From the NCBI GenBank assembly GCA_043228905.1, contig JBHGNT010000017.1, positions 18,414,001 through 18,478,000 on the forward strand: a stretch of DNA of 64,000 bases, written 5' to 3'. Made by a program: the position numbers and the translations under genes. This DNA is from Azolla caroliniana (Eukaryota > Plantae > Polypodiophyta). How positions within the stretch are numbered: the stretch's first letter is position 1; the number at the start of each line of letters is the position of its first letter. This document shows, piece by piece, positions 60,164 through 64,000 of this stretch. The notes below the pieces were generated by a model. The model saw only the letters and a list, made by a program, of their open reading frames with translations. It was not told where the DNA came from and ran no database searches.

Positions 60164-61114
60164 TAGTATAGAGGCAACTACCTTCAGTGTAACTTTTCAA
60201 CCATAATGATCAACCACTACTACCTTAAAGTTTGCCCTAGTTGTTTATATACTAAAACAACTTTCTAGCTATTTACATACATAGCCCACAAGGGCACATT
60301 CAGACTATTTACAATTATAGCCTCTCAAATCAGTCATGAAATCAATTCTCGATTTCCATTTCCAATTTCCAATTTCGGTTTCGGCCTCAGCTGAGCTTGC
60401 TCATCGATTCAACTCATCCCATTCGGAGGGACCTGGTTTTCCCAACAAACTCCCCCTTCACTCCGACGTGGGGTACTTCATAGTATAGAGGCAACTACCT
60501 TTAGTGTAACTTTTCAACCATAATGATCAACCACTACTACCTTAAAGTTTGCCCTAGTTGTTTATATACTAAAACAACTTTCTAGCTATTTACATACATA
60601 GCCCACAAGGGCACATTCAGACTATTTACAATTATAGCCTCTCAAATCAGTCATGAAATCAATTCTCGATTTCCATTTCCAATTTCCAATTTCGGTTTCG
60701 GCCTCAGCTGAGCTTGCTCATCGATTCAACTCATCCCATTCGGAGGGACCTGGTTTTCCCAACAAACTCCCCCTTCACTCCGGCGTGGGGTACTTCATAG
60801 TATAGAGGCAACTACCTTCAGTGTAACTTTTCAACCATAATGATCAACCACTATTACCTTAAAGTTTGCCCTAGTTGTTTATATACTAAAACAACTTTCT
60901 AGCTATTTACATACATACCCCACAAGGGGACATTCAGACTATTTACAATTATAGCCTCTTGAATCAGTCATGAAATCAATTCTCGATTTCCACTTCCAAT
61001 TTCCAATTTCGGTTTCGGCCTCAGCTGAGCTTGCTCATCGATTCAACTCATCCCATTCAGAGGGACCTGGTTTTCCCAACAAACTGCCCCTTCACTCCGG
61101 CGTGGGGTACTTCA
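60164..61114. repeat. 3 x 317-bp tandem repeat of LTR U3 + PPT + pol end
   Basis: Units start TAGTATAGAGGCAACTACC at 60164, 60481 and 60798. Confidence 0.95.
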
Positions 61115-61775
61115 CCAATTCGACTCTCTGTCGGCACTCGTTCAGATTCTCTGCTGACAGCGCAGTCATCAGCATGTCCGATCCATTTTCAGCCATTTGG
61201 ATCTTCATCAAAGCAAACTCCTTTTCCTCTACTCGCTCTCGGAGCCAATGATATCTCCTCTGGATGTGCTTGGTCCTCAAGTGGTAGGTAGCATTTTTCG
61301 CAAAGTGGGTGGCACTTTAGTTATCACAATGGAGTCAGAATTCCTCTTGTTGAATTCCCAATGCTCGGCAATATTCTTCGAACGGTCTGCGGTACTCTTT
61401 GCCATTGGCCGCTCAGACTGCCTTCAACATTCGACTGCTTTCCCTCTCGGCCCTCACTTGGAACTCTTTCAAGACTGATAATACTTGATCCTTTGTCTTC
61501 AACACGGAAGCCCACAACTTCCGGCTACAGTCTTCTATGAAGGTCACGAAATATTGTGACCCAGCATGAGACTTCGTGTCCACGTAGCATACGTCCGTAT
61601 GCACAAGTTCCAACGGCATTTTATTCCTCATCGGGGGCCTCAATCAGAACGAGGTTCGATTTTGTTTGTCGACTAGGCAATCAACACACTTATCCAGATG
61701 CACTTTCTTTACCTCCGGTAGGAGTTCCTTTTCGGCTAGCATCTGCATTCCCTTCTGGCTCATGTAGCATAGCGG

Positions 61776-62673
61776 TATCGTGAAGATCTGTCACTACGTG
61801 GGGATCATGAGGCGGAACCATCGGGGTCCTAGACCGGAAGGATTCGAAGTTTGCACTAACTTTAGCGAGAAAGTATTTAAGATAGGTTGAGAGAGATTGA
61901 TATGATAAAAGAGAGGTATTGAGATAAAGATTGAACTTTTAACTTTTAGACTTAAGAGAGAAGATTCAACAACAATAGGATTACAAGTTTCTTATTTTTC
62001 CCAATTTTTTCATTACTTTTCATTTGCTTGATTCCTCCACTCTTTTATAGATGCCCCCATGCATATGGTGCATGTAAGGGTGCAAGACATGCACGTAATG
62101 CATGAAATGCATGCTTGCCATGTCATCATCTAAGCTTTCATGTATGAGAATTTACATGTAAATGTATAATGATAAAAATATAGCTTCTAAGGAAATGACT
62201 TGGCTCGCCGTCTCCCTGGCTCACTTCATTGGCTCCATCCGGTCGTCGTCCGGTTCCAATCAGCCAAAACCCTTACAAGTAATTAGGCCACATCCATTCA
62301 TCCAATTAGTTTAGCTCAAGTCACCTTGAAAATTCTATGATCCACTCATAAACACAAAGTAAATCATTTTGGCCTTGCTTATATAATCTGGGATCCTTAT
62401 TTGTCCTGTCTATGTGGGATATCTCGTAGTTTTGTTTTCTTCTCTTCTTCTTCGCAAACTTCATACCCACATAACTTGTCACTTAGTTGTCTGTTTCTTA
62501 TGTGGTAAAGTGTATTCGAAAGCTCTTGAAGACCTCCATCTTTTTGTACCAAGATATTAAACTAGTATAAAATAGTATCTTCACTATTATTGTTTTATTT
62601 TTGTGTGAAGAACCACACTCGATTTTATACATTCCTCGCAATTTTCACACCGTTGTCGAAAATCTTCACAACA
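61776..62673 (-). mobile_element. Solo LTR of the 4-bp-TSD family, inserted in the Copia pre-integrase region
   Basis: Ends homologous to 41457-42172; perfect GCGG duplication (61772-61775 and 62674-62677). Confidence 0.8.
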
Positions 62674-63206
62674 GCGGCCTCTTATGCCATAACTCACGAG
62701 TTGTGTCGGTTGCCACGTTTACCTCATTTCAGCATAAATAAGCATTCATTATATACAGTGTGCTAGTTTTCCGGGCTCGAGCCACGATTAGGCCCCCTTG
62801 CGGAACTTCGGGACGTTGTTCTGGATGCTACTAGTGTAGCCTTTATCATCCAGCCGACTGGCTGATATCTAGTTCAGTCAAACTTCCAGAACATGCTGAA
62901 CATCTCTCAACACTAGTCTACACCCGATCGATGTCATCTGACACACATCTCCAATGTTGACGATTCGGCATGCTCCTTCATTCCCCATTCTTACAAGACC
63001 GTGGTCTCCGGCCTTGTATGATGAGAAGCACTTTCGATCGGGGGTTAGGTGAAACGACGCACCCGAATCGACCACCCATGTCGATTCTTCGCCGGCGAGA
63101 TTGACCTCAGTTTGTTCACTAATGAACAGAAACTCCTCTTCACTTGCGGCGATTGCTGAGGTGTTCTTTTTGTCCAGGTATTTTCTTCAGCTCTACATCA
63201 TCAGCT

Positions 63207-63801
63207 TGTTGGGAATATGTCCCTCCAGTGGGAGGAGGAACCAACTGTCCAGAAGTTGCTGACAGTCGATGACTGGGAAAATCCGACTGTTCCGAAAGCC
63301 GACAGTCGAAGACAGGGAAGATCTGACTGTTCCGAAAGCCGACAGTCGAAGAGTCGAAAACAGTGAGTCGACTGTTTGATAGTTCGACTATTATTATTAT
63401 AGCAATAATAATAATGATACGTAGCAAAGGCTACATTTGTAAATAGCCCATACAATGTATAAGTATAAATACACAAGGCAAAACGTGAGAAAGAGCGTGT
63501 AGAACAGAAGTAGCGTGAGAGTGTGTGAGACAGAGACTGAGTGAGAGCGGCGCCATAACTGTGTGCGTAACAATAGACACCAAGAGCCCTGCATGGTTGA
63601 TACACTCGAAGGAGTGTTGTAGCATTCTGTGTTGTATATCCACTATACATAGTGAAGCTCTGTTCCTGTGGTTTTCTCCCGTTTTAGGGTTTCCACATAA
63701 AGTCTTTGTGCACGATGGTTGTCCTGTTTTTCCTGGCATATCTGTGATTCGTATTTCAGCACAGTTCGTTTATTGTGATTTGACCAAACAATATCTCAAC
63801 A
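63207..63801 (+). mobile_element. Solo LTR (Copia-like)
   Basis: TGTTGGGA...TCTCAACA termini, perfect TSD CAGCT, short internal tandem repeats at 63260-63375. Confidence 0.9.
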
Positions 63802-64000
63802 CAGCTCCCCCTTTCTCCTTTCAAAAGTGTTGGCAGTTCTTTTGAAAGTGCCCCGGTTTCCCACAATAGAAGCATGTGGGCCTTCCCCTCGACTTTGACC
63901 TTGTCCCCGACCTATCTCGATTTGTGGAATTCGATTTTGGCCTCTTCCTCGATTCGTGTCACTTTCCGTGACGAGGGCCTTCGGGTCAGTATTGAACTCT

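Larger units (their letters stand above)
59881..64000 (-). mobile_element. Internally deleted Copia (Tork-like): 3' LTR 59881-60447, RH, INT, PR and gag knuckle remnants; runs off the window
   Basis: TKHIQRRYHWLRE, LELVHTDVC, VDSGASFH and CFYCGKPGH on the minus strand; PPT next to the LTR. Confidence 0.85.

Overview
Eukaryotic, plant-type DNA; the TE lineages suggest a non-seed land plant such as a fern, which is my inference. There is one clear host gene, a single-exon secreted DOMON/AIR12-like protein at 3411-4007, followed by about 58 kb of nested transposons whose ends I resolved mostly by TIRs, LTRs and target-site duplications (TSDs). (1) A 15.2-kb hAT element (6060-21217) has a 20-bp perfect TIR, an 8-bp TSD, an intact transposase and a divergently oriented SYGQ-rich cargo exon. 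(2) A very young non-chromovirus Gypsy (7993-18000) splits that cargo exon. It has an intact 1950-aa Gag-Pol, a large extra coiled-coil ORF, and a hairpin where the PPT should be. (3) A chromovirus (22177-28285) has its gag-protease block inverted. (4) A 189-bp satellite and a MITE lie at 30.8-33.4 kb. (5) A Tcn1/Tf1-like element (34601-59351) has an 11-nt self-priming signal and contains two LINE copies, two full-length Copia elements and other remnants. (6) A decayed Copia at 59.9-64 kb has a triplicated LTR/PPT block. The most unusual signals are tRNA-like Pol III A/B-box cassettes in LTRs of two different families, an LTR family with 4-bp CG-centred targets, the PPT-replacing hairpin and the hAT cargo. 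Family assignments rest on motif recognition only; no database search was run.
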